Notes under the pieces: generated by a model
What the model saw: only the letters and a program-made list of their open reading frames with translations
The model's database searches: none
Told to the model about the DNA's origin: nothing
Assembly: GCA_907165135.1 (NCBI GenBank)
Contig: OU015569.1
Coordinates: forward strand, 3,348,001-3,412,000
Direction of reading: 5' to 3'
DNA length: 64,000 bases
Origin: Oikopleura dioica
Taxonomy: Eukaryota; Animalia; Chordata
Part shown: positions 23,301 to 35,996 of the stretch, piece after piece
How the letters are laid out: each line of letters begins with the position of its first letter
Position numbering within the stretch: position 1 is the first letter of the stretch
Made by a program: the position numbers and the translations under genes

Positions 23301-26300
23301 GTTTTGATTCCTCGCCCTTCCCAATCTGCTGTTGGTTTTAGCCCGGCCATAAACGTCACCAAATGCACAAACAGGTTGATCCGGAGCATGATCCTGATTT
23401 TGATCAATCGAGTGGCTGTTTACGCTGGAGACAGCAGCGCTCCAAAATTATAATCGTAAACGCGCTCTCACGCTCGTGCCACTAACACACAAACAATTAA
23501 TAAAAATTTCACGCACCGCAAAATACAAGTGATCGCAGATACTGATATCAGCAGCGAAAGTGCAGATCAAAATTCACAGATAGATGATCGTACGAAAGTC
23601 TGATGGTCAAAATTGTAATGAAAAAAGAGGGATCGCAGAGATATAAGCCAGAATTTGAATATAAACCTATGAATTGATATTAGTTCAATAACTGATAAAG
23701 GAAAGCCAAAATAGAAGACGAAGGAAATTGTTCCTCAGCGCGAGCGAAAAAAAGCGGTGAGGCCGGCTGGTGTTCTGGACGGCGGACATTAGGCGGATTA
23801 GCGTTTTTTTCCTGAGACTTAATTTTTTGAAACTGATTCTGAAAACTCAAGTACCCGACTCGGCACTGATCAATGGATCAAGTCTGTGTGCTCGACTGAG
23901 CCCATTCTTCGGTAGAACGGCGCCACAGTCGAAACACTAGAATGATAAATGCTACGACCCGGTCGGTGCGGCTCGGGTGCGCACTCGAACCTAGCGTGAG
24001 GTTTCATGATCGATGCTGGGCTCACTATCACAGGGAAGGGCACTTGAGATTTTACCATCTTTGGAGTTTCGTTTACGTTTCGACATGAGAGCATCTTTTC
24101 TAACAACTATCATTAACCCGTATTTTTCCTGTATTATAAGAGCTAAACATCGAGAAGGAAATATACCTGGCGGAGGTTCTCAAGGGAAATTAGCACAATT
24201 TTATAAAGCTTCCGTTTAGCAAAGTTTTTCAAATCGTGTCATTCAATATCTTGAGAGTCAAAAATTCGTCTCGATTACGACTGAGAACTGTGCATTTCCG
24301 CGTTTATTTTTAAACACTTTGCAACTGAGAAAGCATGCACGTTAAATCTCCCTCGCACATTTATATTGTTACGATAATAGGATGATGATATGAACAAGCA
24401 GCGAGAGTAAGTGTTTATGCTTTGTTTTTAAGATGCTGCTGGTACAAATAATTAACACTTAGCTCGGCGCAACGTTGATCAACTTTGTCGTTCGGCAGGT
24501 GAGTGCCCGGAAGTACCCACTCAGCTAGCCACTCGATACCCGATCGATGCACCGGTTGCTACCTATACCCTACCCATAGCGTTATGTTATCAATACAACT
24601 CTAAAACTGTATTCTAAAAAAGTTCTATTGTAAGAAGACGCCCTAAAAATTTTCGGCTCTTGTTTCGATAACGTCAAAATGTGTTAATTAGTATCCGGCG
24701 AGTGGCGGAATGAGCACCTTTACTATCGGTAGTCCAACTTCTTTCCTCTGCCAGACGATTTATCTCTTCTCTTGAAACTGCATTGTTCTAGCTTTTTTTT
24801 CAAAAAAAAGTGAATCATACTCTTCGAAGTGCAAAGTGAGTTGCACTTGCAAGAAGCCTCCTTGAGAGCTCTTATTCCGATAACGCTTCATTTGAGTCCT
24901 TTCTCTCTCAAACTAAGTACCTTATTCTTAAAGCACATCTCGTGTCTAAGTCGTGTAATAAGCTAAACACATTTATGAGAGCGTTATAAGATAGGTACAT
25001 CCGCTCCAGACTGACACAGTGGAACTCTTAACTTTTGCATTTCCACTTCCATAAGTCCGTCCAAAATACGCTCGCTGAGGTGGCCCGCTTTCGGAGGATC
25101 GAAATTCAGATGCAAACAATGCCAACAAGAGAACAAGAGCGCAAGTTGCTTAGCTCCTTGAATTAGGTCGTCAAAGGCTACAGCGTAATCCACATTCGAA
25201 ACGTTATTTCAAAATGTTTGACTTCAATAAGTAGCGATCAAACACTTCTTTTAATAAAATGAGCTACTCGTTATGAAACTTGGTGAATCTCAGAAAATGG
25301 CAAGGAGATAAGAGAAGAGTGCCCATTTGTATGCAAGAGGAGGGAACAGCGAATGTATATGGCTTTGATAATTGATGGGATCTGTATTTGATAGGAGAAG
25401 AGCTTGTGGATAGCGAAAGACGGCGGATAGCACCAACAGCACCAAAATAACCACTTTTACTCGGCACTTGAGTTTCAAGCAGATCAAAACAAACTGGCTA
25501 AGCGAGCGCTAGGGGCGCAATATCCTCCGACCGGTGAGCTCCAGCATCGCCGCTCTAGAAGTGCCAAGCGACCACAGAGAGATACGAAATAATCGATCGT
25601 ATCAGTCTTCGAGTGCTTATTTGACCGCAACAATTAACTGATAACGGCTTATTAATATAGGCACCTAGCTTCTTTGTGGCGCTCTACCGTAAATACACCG
25701 ATCGACCGCGATTTTCCCAGCGCGGATTAAACCCCTCCATAAACCCACAAGTGCTCCACTTGACTTATTCCACCACCCGGTTTAAAGTATCAGATATAGA
25801 AACTTTCTAGCCTCACCAGTCTCGATTCGTGAGATAGAAATCTAAGCGAACGTTGAATTTTAAAATTTTCAAACTATTCTGATTAAAGAAATGCGAAAGA
25901 ATCTCGAGTGGTCAAGAAGGAAAGCTTTGATAAAAGGATCATCTTTTGCTCATCCACAGACCTCAACATAAGGTCGAAGATTATTAGAATTTAACTTTCA
26001 GCGGGAATATAAAGGCGAATAAGCGGCCCTAAGAGAAACTTAATTACAAAGTGGGCTAGATGAAAAGTTAAAAACTCGAAAATTAAAAAATCGCCCGTTT
26101 GGTGGTGCCGTGGCGCCTCGGCTAGCTCCACCACCACGGCCGGAAAATAGTTGAAAACAGCGATAACAACGCCCCCTACGGCAGAGTCGCACCACAAATG
26201 CGCCTTCGTGTAAAAATATGTGGATTCTCAAGTGGGTACATTTTAATCGCTCCGCCAGTTTTGGCGCTCTCTCCTCGGACGCACCACCAATCAGCAGCCA

Positions 26301-29209
26301 CTCTACCACTTTAGATTCACTTCATATGCTGAATATTCACAAGTGCTCCTGACCAGCCAAGTGTATACCAACGAATAATTTTAGATGATGGCTTTGTAGC
26401 CAGCACTTAGATACACCGGTATATGCCGGTTTATTTTCATGCAGTATTCACTAAGATGCACTCTTGCCGCTTCCTGAAACAAAAAATCTGCTAACTATTT
26501 CGTTCTTGAAAACGTGATATGCCAAAAAGAGGTGCGAAGTTTTGTTAATGTTAATTCTTATAACGTGACGGTTTCATATGATTCTTCCATTACTCTTAAT
26601 TTCATGATGATAATCGTTACATTCTTCAGTGAGACTTTGGAATGTTAGGATTACGGTTATGTTAGTTCCTTTATGAATTCAGAAGAGGGGCGGCATCACT
26701 CTCGGGGCACTTAGTTCGGGTATCCTCACTTCACCTTGTATCCACCTGGGCATGAATAAAGCAAAGTAGACGGCAGCTCAACCAACGCTTTGGGCCACTT
26801 AGACGCCGTGTCAGGTCCTTAACCCTCGACCCGCCCTGTTACGATAACGTCATCGCGTAATCTCTTCACGATCTCGCTTCTAAATGCGTTTCTTTCTTCT
26901 CCGAAGGTAGCGTGTGATTTCCGGGGACTTCGTTAACCCCTTGACGTTCACGTAGCCATCTCCGCAGCTACGCCGGTTATGGCATTTTAATTGAACCGTC
27001 GAGCCCAGCGGTGATATAAGAAAGCGGCTCTAAGTAGCCGTCGTTCACTTTGCCGATTGCCAGGTCAAGTGCCACTGGAACACATCACCGCGCGCGCACG
27101 CACAGACCAACCGACACTCCCACTCATTCACCACTCACTCAATAACCAACAAATCAAGAAAATTCTAGCACCCAACTTCTAGTTCTCTATGAAACGCATA
27201 TTACGTTAGTAACAGTCCCGTTTTTATTGACCTTTCTTTAGAAAATTATCTTTCTTTTTTGAATTCAAAAACCCAACCAGTAATATTTAACTACTATTCA
27301 TAAAATGAAAAGAGGCTTCACTATGAAAATCAACATAATCTATGTGGCGTAGTGCATTTGTTGCAGAGCAACGAAAATACTTTTAGAAGTTCAATGTTCT
27401 ATAAAAAGTAAAATTCGCGAATGAGCAATGAGTGTGAATTAACCCGTTGCGCCCTCAATCGAGCAAACATTTCAAAAAAGTGTCGCGTGTTTTCTAAACT
27501 CGCTGTGTTGTCTAGTAGACAAGTTGATATATGTATAGGATGCTTGAATTATTGGTGGCTGCTTTTGGCTGCAGAATAATGAAATATGTAAACTGAGTTG
27601 TAAATAAAATAGTCAAAACAGAGATGGCTTTGGCACTAGTGTCGTTTCAAGTGGTCGGCGCTTAGGCACACTTGAGAGGCAAATTTTTAATACTCAGCCT
27701 CTCTACTCTGAATGAAGAATTAATAATTTCCAGTGAATCATTAATGCTCTTAGCAGTTATTATTTTACACTACTTTTTCTACGAACTGTTCTTCCTCTTT
27801 TGCTTTCATGGCAATTTTTCTTTCGAGTTTGTGACTCGAAAAATTCTCTCGCGAGGGAGAGTTTTTAGAAAAGATATCAAAAAGTAAGTCTGTGAGGCAC
27901 CGAGAAAGTATTAAAGTATTAATATTGAGCTTGAATAACGGAGAAAACATGGTGAAATCTACCGGCGCGACAGAAGGGATACTGTTCGTCATCAATATTG
28001 CAAGCTATCAAAAATAAAGAATTAATCTAAAACTTCTTGGAAAGGAGGATTCGCACCTCGTCTTACGTTGATTTGACATGCTCAGCGTGATCTTGTTTTA
28101 ATGAAAATTTGAAATTATCACTTTTCTTATTCCCAAAAGAGGAAAGAAAAAGTTGAGCCCCGGGTAAAACCTTAAATTTCGCCCCTGCCAAAAAGCACTT
28201 GAGAATGCGCCCTCGTGCGGATTAGAGCTTCAAAACGTCAATTCCAAAACAAATTACCCGAAAATCGGAAGCTTAAAAAACGAGCCCAGTACATAAGATG
28301 CCCAGAATGAGCGAAAAATAGAACATTCATGTAAACTAGTGAAGACATTTTTCTGATCTCTAAAAAGACGTGTTCTCGGTCTTCTAGCACTGTCTGCTCC
28401 GTCAAAATAATGTCTCCAAAGTCAAATAGAACAGTGGCAGGGCACTTGAGTCGAGTGACAGTAAGCGCACTGCTCATCCCCACCCTTGCCGACGATCTCT
28501 TTGTTATGTTCTAACACGGTTTAGCGCTTACCTCCGTTTTCAGAAAGCCTCTCTTGCTTCGTACTTTCGGACTCAACACCTTCGGCCTCTGTCTTGGTCG
28601 TTTCGTTTAGCAGAGTCATCTCTTGTATTTTCGGACTTGTGCTGGGAGCTGTACCGTTTTCCGTGTTGGTGCCGTTTTCGCCACCGCCAAACGTAGAGCT
28701 CGGCGTCGGACTTTCGAAGCTCAGAGATGTCGGAAAGTTTTCATAAGCGCCGTTTGGATACGAGCTGGGAGCGTAATTATTGTAAAAGCCCATCGAGTAG
28801 AGAGAGCTATCGCGATCTCCCTGTCCCGAAATTAGGTCCTTGACTGTAAACGGGTGTCCGGAAATGCCTTTGAGAGAAGGTTCAACGTGTAAAACTACGA
28901 GCGCATTCATCGCCCTCAGCGTCTACCACCGGGATGCGTTATTTTGGAGGGTTTCGCCTCTCTAGCTGGATTTGGAGATTTCAAACCGGAGCCGACCGCC
29001 ACCCGGTTGGATGAATTCTCAAGTGGTTAGACTACGCCCCGAAGTGAGCAACTCAACGGCCCTCAACTCAACTCTCGGCTCTAGCAACATGCTAGTAAGA
29101 GTGATAAAAGAAACAAAAGAAAGAAAGTAAGTTGAACCTTGCCTAACGTTCCCGCGGCAGCCGCCGCTGCTGCAGCAGCAGCAGCCCCAGCAGCTCCAGC
29201 CGAGAACAT
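20345..29209 (-). CDS. NK4: NK4 (Nkx2-3/5/6, tinman-type) homeobox protein, 5-exon model
   Basis: complement(join(20345-20842,20892-20995,21306-21419,28532-28867,29143-29209)) is in frame. Homeodomain [57 protein letters not shown] with Tyr54, then DKHLEL and a Tyr-rich tail. TN/eh1 motif HPFTVKDLI in the distal exon. The homeodomain exons are secure; the distal exons are inferred from phase and motif. Confidence 0.85.
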
Positions 29210-32200
29210 ACTCGGCGGGAGATCTGAGGCTATACTCTCTTCTTTGGTGGCGCTTATCGTTGCAATTTTGACGATCAGGCTTTCCTCTTCCTTCAGTTTC
29301 GTCTTCGTTACTCTCTATATTTTTCTTCGCAGCTTGAGTGATTCTTATCCTCGGATCTCTAGGTTTCTTTGAGTATCTGTGCTTGTTGCCCTTAGGGGAG
29401 TGGCTGCTTATCTCTTCCACTGATGTTGTACTGCTGTTGAAAATGAGTGATGCTCTCGTCCTTCGTATGTAACCGAGCGTTCCTTCTATCCCTGCGGCCG
29501 AGAGGGGCGACGGGGGTAGCTCAATTTGCCTAAAGCCTAGCTCTGGCGCTCCAACCGACCGGCGCTACACCGCGCTACCGCGATCCTATACACAACACCG
29601 CCGCCGCCAACACTCAGATACACTCACCTACTGTCCTTGATATAAGAAGAAAACAAGTAAATCCAATAGAAATCCATCTTTTTGACCCCTCCTTCGTTTA
29701 CTCGAGCCGTTCTCTTCGTTGATTTCAATATTGAATAAACAAGAAAGAATGGGGCCGTTTGTCATTCTTAATTATGATTATAAATATTTCTGAAAGCAAA
29801 TGGTTCTCGTATACAAGAGCTGATCCATAGATTAAGAAATCTATTTGGGGTTTGAAAATTTCAGTTCGAACAATATAAAACGCCACAGCGTTACAAAGAC
29901 ATCTTTGCAAGTAGCTGGGATGTGAATCTTCTAAAATGAAGAGTAGACCGTTCTGAGCAGTCTGTCTTCTGCAACTTTTAACCAGATAAACGAGCTCTAA
30001 CCGGTAAGACGAGTTATTTGTGATGCGCATTAGGCGATGTGTGCCACTCCAAAAAGGGCGTAATTCAAGTGAGTTCAAAGTAGAGAAGCTGCTCAATTGA
30101 ACAAAGTGCCGATATCTTCGCACCCTTATCTTCATTATTTAAGAACCAAAATAAATATCATTCTTTTTATTTAATATCAGCAATTTTTCGGCACTTCGGG
30201 ATAAACGTTGGCACATTGATCTTCTTATTCAAAATTCACGCTAGGAAAACTTCAATACCAACCAAGTATTTAATAACAGTAGTAGGAAAGGTGCAGCAAA
30301 GAAAACCTCCATCAATTGATAATTAACAAATTGCAATTAATATTGCAGCAGCGAAGATTTTGATTACAGAGTGCTTCCAAAGCTCCGAGATTCAAGAAAA
30401 TCGCTAATTTTGGGAATTATTGATAAGAAATGGTAGTGCCTGCCCTACTTCCACACAACTTTTACCGAATCACGAAAGAAAACTCCCTGAATTCTTCAGA
30501 CAATCATATTATTAGATCGCAATCCAACAAATAGAAAAATGAAAACATTACTAGTTAACAAAGGTGTTCTCATATGATACGAACAATTCACTTGTTCAGC
30601 AACTGGTTTAATGAGTTCTACGGCTATTTCTTTTTGTCCCAAGTATTGGAAGACACAAATGGCTTTGCTCATGAAATTCGGAATTAGAAAGCACAAAGGA
30701 AGCCGGCAAAGAACGAGTGCCCAATCGAACAAAATTAGAAATTTTGGAAACAGAGAAAATTTCTAGTGCAGGAGGCTCGAAATTACTAGTTGATTAGTTA
30801 GTTGATTTGGAGCTAGACGAAGTAGTGGCCAGCCCGTCGAGAGGCCCTCCAAAGAGCACTCGAAGCACGGAGCCGAGTTAAGTGCCCTGAAACGCCAAAA
30901 CAGAAATCGCAAAAACGCAACTTTCTCCTCCAGATCTACGCTCGATTCTTATCAATCAACTTCAATTTCTGCTCCTCCTTTGGCTATTTAGCAAGCAAAC
31001 AATAACCATAATATAAGCACATTTCATTAACCAGCATTTAACAAATTATGCTTCATGACTATGTAACATAGTCTATGTTTCTCTCGACTTTTTGGGAACT
31101 GAACTGACTGTAAAAGGTTTACTACGATGAATTTAGAAATCTGTTTTTTTTCTCTCTTAGGTTTCCCGTGCCAGTGGTACTATTTAGTATAGAAAGAAAA
31201 AAATGAAGAAGCCAAAGATATTGTGATGGCGACAGGGGATGATTGGTGAACGGCAGAAAGAAGAGATTGTTATAACAGAAATCGAGCCTGAGTGGGTGCT
31301 TGAGTGGGTGATGGAAGAGCGAAGTTCGATGGGAACACACGTGACAGCGAACACTCAGCCTCTTCAAGAGAAATTTACGCTGAAATCATTTTCAGGAAAT
31401 CTCGATCGCCAATGTCGCTCAACAGCGGGCGAAGAACAGATCGAGAATCTGTTCTGGGGAGGGGCTCAACTCAAGAGTGCCTCATTTATTATTCCTTTTG
31501 TTACCCTCAGGAATTTTGAAGAAAATCGAAAAAATTGCAACGAAAATTCCAGTCTCGTTTCAACTTCTTACGCGTCTCGTTCGACTTGTGCCAAGATTTG
31601 TAAATTGTTTTTTGTCTGGCGATGATTAGCTCAAATAAATGTATATTTTTTCTTTAGAATTTCTACGCTTCTTGCTAGAATTCACCTAGAGGAGAATCGT
31701 GCAAGCATCAATCTTGCGTAAAGAAACAAAATTTTAATCGAAATATTCAAGTGGCGGTGGATGTTATCATCAAGTGGATGCTCCTTCTTCTCCTTCCCAC
31801 AGACGCAGCGAGAGTCTAATCACAAACTTTCAAATTTTGTTGCTGGTTTATCCATTCTCCTTTTAAGCCGGTGAAATATAAGTCCACTTGAGACCCTTTT
31901 TAAAAATCTGGAAAAGGTGGAATTTCGCCGCTTTTTTAAATCTTTATTTTTCGAGGGTTTCAAAAGGGGATTATTTCTGTTTTTATGAGAATTTTATTAT
32001 TGAAAAACAGAATTGTTTTATTTTTAATATTTTTTTTTCTGGTCGATGCTCTTTGCTTATTCTTCTTTTGTCTCTACTTCAACTCTACTGGATGATGTTT
32101 TGGGTTAAAATAGACCTAGCCGGAGTACCGAACAGATGCAAAATTAGCACTGGAAAGTACTTGAGTCTCTGTTTTCGGTTTTCGACGTTTTGGAATAATT

Positions 32201-34000
32201 CGGGAACTATTTTGGTTTGTCCAAGTGTCTCGAGTGCCACGCTGCCTCTCAAAAAGGAACATAAAATTGATAATAGCCTGAACCTGCTTATCGAAAATTA
32301 CCTGTGCCAAGCAGATCAATTTGTTTTTACTCGCAAAGAATCATTGAATCCTTCTCTATTACATTTCATATTTCCCCTTGGCAAATAAAATTATCAAACG
32401 AAAAGTTCCACGGGACGATATCTTCTGTCTCTTTCAGTCTCCTCATTGACTGTTTCTTCCGCTATGCACTTTGTGGTGCTCTTCTTCGTTCCTGAATTTT
32501 TACAGAACCGAAACATCTGCAACTGCCGATGATCAACCAAATCAGACAACACGGAACCAACATCCCAACCAATAGCGACACATAAAGAATTACGATCAGA
32601 AAAAACGGAAGTGAAGCAGTAGAAGATCGCCTTTTGACTCGTAATTAAAAATAAATGTCATTTAGGGAATCATAGGCGATATAAGAATATTTCTATGATA
32701 TTATACTTTGAAATGGCGTTCCCAGAGTTTTTAAATTTCAACTCTAGACGGGCACTAAAACTCTTCCCATCGTTTCCGCTGCTAGGTAGATTGGGAAAGC
32801 GAGGAAACTTTGCGAAGAGGGGAAAATTTATTTCTTCGCGCAAGTGTCCTCGCTAGCACCGCCGTCGATGTTTTCATGGTGAAGTGGTGGCGGCGCGAAA
32901 TTTCGCAGCTTGGCTGCTTCGCCAATCTCAAATATTTTCTTTTCGTTTTGAAAGGCGGCTGCTCTGACGCCAACCCATCAATTAAAACCACACACACTTA
33001 GTGGCTCTAATTCTCAGCTCCTTCCAGTACATTTACCGGTTCTTCAAGTCAGTTGAAGGGAAATGCACTTGGTATCTCTTCTCGATGTGTACTACTTTTT
33101 AAAGGGTCGACGAAGCGAGAGTCCGATGTGCTTTAATCTTAGCAGTGGGTGGTTTGGAGGGAGCTTATCGTTATTTCAGTGAAGTGTTTTATCATGCTAA
33201 TGCGGATGAAGCGAGCGACAAAGCCCCAATATCGATTTTTACTCTATAATTGAGGCTAATAACACGATGTTGAGATCGAACATATCAGTATCCGTTTCGG
33301 GACAAAGGATGTTTTTTCCTACTGGAAAGGGATGTTCAAAGTCGGCGCCACTTGAAAATGGATTTTGATTGGCCGCTGCCCAGGCAGAGAGAGACACCCA
33401 GTGGCACTTGGCTTATCCGCTCGGCGGGGCACTTTTGCCTTCCCAAATATTATTACACGAATCTTTTTGATTATCAAACTCGAGTGCAATAAAATCAAAT
33501 AGAAGCAACTTTCTATTTATTATCGTGTCTACAGCGACAGCCTTGAAAAAGCAAGCCTCTCAAGAGGACTTAATGTTATTGACTTGCAATATGAATATTC
33601 GAATTTGTTCCGTGTTCGTTGCTGCTGGTGCACAATGGTGTTTGTGTGGGGGTACTTAGCCAAGTGTGCGTTTCCAAAGGCATAAAGAATGAATTTTTGA
33701 GAAATCGGCGACGACTCTCTTGAATCTCTGAATTTCGACGCCGGATGTGGCAAACCCATACCTCCCCAGAACAAAGGGCTAAATCTAAAATAGCCTCACA
33801 GATACACATTCAGTCTCTGCAATCATGAAACGCACTAGAATCATGTTGGCAGCTCCACATTTTAAAGTTGAATTTGAAAATTGCTATTTTCGTTGAAGGT
33901 GAGAATTAATCTTTCTCGAGTTTAGAGAGATAGAAATCCAAATAGCGATTCCGGTCGAGATCGACAAGTGGCTTGTTTCAAGTGGACTGCAATTTTCTCG
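21420..34000. promoter_or_regulatory. NK4 cis-regulatory landscape (long intron plus upstream region) rich in NK2-class sites
   Basis: At least 19 exact TCAAGTG/CACTTGA plus many CAAGTG/CACTT variants; largely free of recognisable genes. Confidence 0.65.
32116..32640 (-). CDS. Possible small single-pass membrane protein
   Basis: Hydrophobic open segment LPFFLIVILYVSLLVGMLVPCCLIWLIIGSCRCF followed by charged segments; start not found. Confidence 0.3.
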
Positions 34001-34527
34001 AAATTTTAAATTGGCTTAATTGACACCTCGCTAGCTATATTTTAAAAAAAGCTGGTTCAATCGTTCGCGTTCGCAGAGCTTGGCACAGATTACTGAAAAT
34101 GCAAATTCGTTCAATTTGGCAGTCCATTCGCCGTGCAACATCCTCGTCGCGGTTTTCTTCTTCTTCCAGTTTCAGCTTGCCACTGGTCAATATTAATCCG
34201 TGTTCGATATTTTTTACATTTCGTAAAATTCGACATCGTGCATAATCGCGCCGCATCATACAGTTATCCCTGCTAGACCGTGATTGAGGTAAAATTTGCG
34301 ACTTTGGAATTCCAGTTTTCTTGAGAGCAGAGCGACCCTAATCAAAACTGTCCAGGTATCTGACGAGTTTCGAAAAAGTTCATTGTCCTAGCCTCATTTT
34401 ACCTTTGGCGCTTTGTTTGACAGGGCACTTTCTGGCTTCCCAGGGGCTGTCAGATGTCCCGAGAAGATGTCGACAGGTACTTCCTCATCAGTTCCATTTC
34501 GCACATCGCCATCTAGTGGCACCTAGG

Positions 34528-35950
34528 ATGAAGGGAAAGGATGATAGTACACAAGTATCAAAACCCGCGACGAAGAAAGAGCATAATTCTAAAGAGAGTA
34601 AGCGGAAGAAAAATGCGAAGCTTCTTTATCGTGTCTTTATTGGTCAGGCTTGGCAAATATCTGAACCCCATAAGATATGATAAACTTTCCTATTCTACAC
34701 CAATATTAATCCGAGATTGAATTAATTAGATAATTTTCTTGAGAAGTATCTTCCTATAGAGATCGATAAGTTCTTATGAGCCTCTTTTGCCAAGTCAAAA
34801 CAAGCTACTTTCATGTGCAGATGGAAAAGAAAAAGAGCGAAAAAAGAAAAAGAACAATGACAAACAAACGAAAGGGGCTTGGAAGAAATGCAAGAATCTA
34901 CTGAACAATGGGGTCGTATCGAAGATACCAAATGTAAAACACTTTTAAGCGATTTTAGTTTGAAAAAATTTTAAGAACAATGATGGGGTTGTCCTCGTTG
35001 AGTGCAATACTGGATATGATCTTTTCGTCAATGGTGAAAAGGTCTTCGGCGCAAGAGAAGTGGGATGTACCAATGATGGTTTCAGAGAGACTGTTGTTTG
35101 CGTCAAAGTTTCGGTCACTAAAATTGAACAAGATTTATTCTGAATAATAAGTTCTTAATAAATGACCACGTTGAAGATGAAAATGTTCCAGTGACGACAA
35201 CAACCGCTGTGAGTACAACAACTCGAGGAACAACGAAGGCTCCCTGGAACGGAGTGTTTCCTCCGGGATGCGTCCAGCCTGAAGCCGGCGCTGTTCAAGT
35301 CAGTGTGATTGACAGATTCAAGCGAAACGGAAAGTTTGGCTTCGTGATGAACATCTTCACAACTGTGAGTCTCCCGAGCATTTTTTCAAATACCAAAACA
35401 ATTATAGTGGACTAATGAGTACTCGATTTTGCTTCGATTTTCTGGCTCACCTGGTGGTGCGAATTTTCAAACTTGGAACCTTTCTTATTGGGGCTTCTAC
35501 TTACCAGGAAATAGTTGCTTTTCTTTGCTATATATTCAAAATGCATCAGACAGTGTAACTATTACGAGACTTCATTCTCTTTCATTCCAAGGAAAAATAC
35601 GCCGATTTCGACTTTGACGATCCAAAGCAATTCGTCATTGTCGCTGAAAATATGAGCTCTGAGGAGATTCGTACGTAAAAATTAAACGTTTAAGATCGTT
35701 AAATCTTTCGTTAGCCGAAGTAATGCTTCTGAATGGCCATAATCACGCGCACACATGTTTCAGACAAGGGTAAGTCAATGGAAAAATATGAGATTTGAGG
35801 ATTTCTAGGTTCTCTCGCTCCTCCCATCAAGATTCGCACCCATCGATGATAACCGACCTGACAACATCTGTGAAGCTGAAAGCAAACGGAAATTCTGTGA
35901 AGAAAGCAAAAGGCTGGAAATCGCCCTGATGCGGTCTCTTTTTTCTTACT
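34528..35950 (+). CDS. Putative extracellular protein: CCP/sushi-like module, Thr-rich linker, Trp/Phe-rich domain
   Basis: Exons DGVVLVECNTGYDLFVNGEKVFGAREVGCTNDG; TTTTAVSTTTRGTTKAPWNGVFPPGCVQP; NFQTWNLSYWGFY; exon joins not fully resolved. Confidence 0.45.
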
Positions 35951-35996
35951 AACAATTGTTCCTTTTTTCTGATGACCCTCAACTAACTGAGGTATC

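Noticed and set aside
29139-29372. Plus-strand poly-Ala ORF
   Set aside because: Antisense shadow of the GCN-rich NK4 first exon; the minus frame splices in phase to the TN exon.
21420-34000. GATA-site enrichment around NK4
   Set aside because: WGATAR is expected dozens of times by chance in this length; no excess evident by eye.
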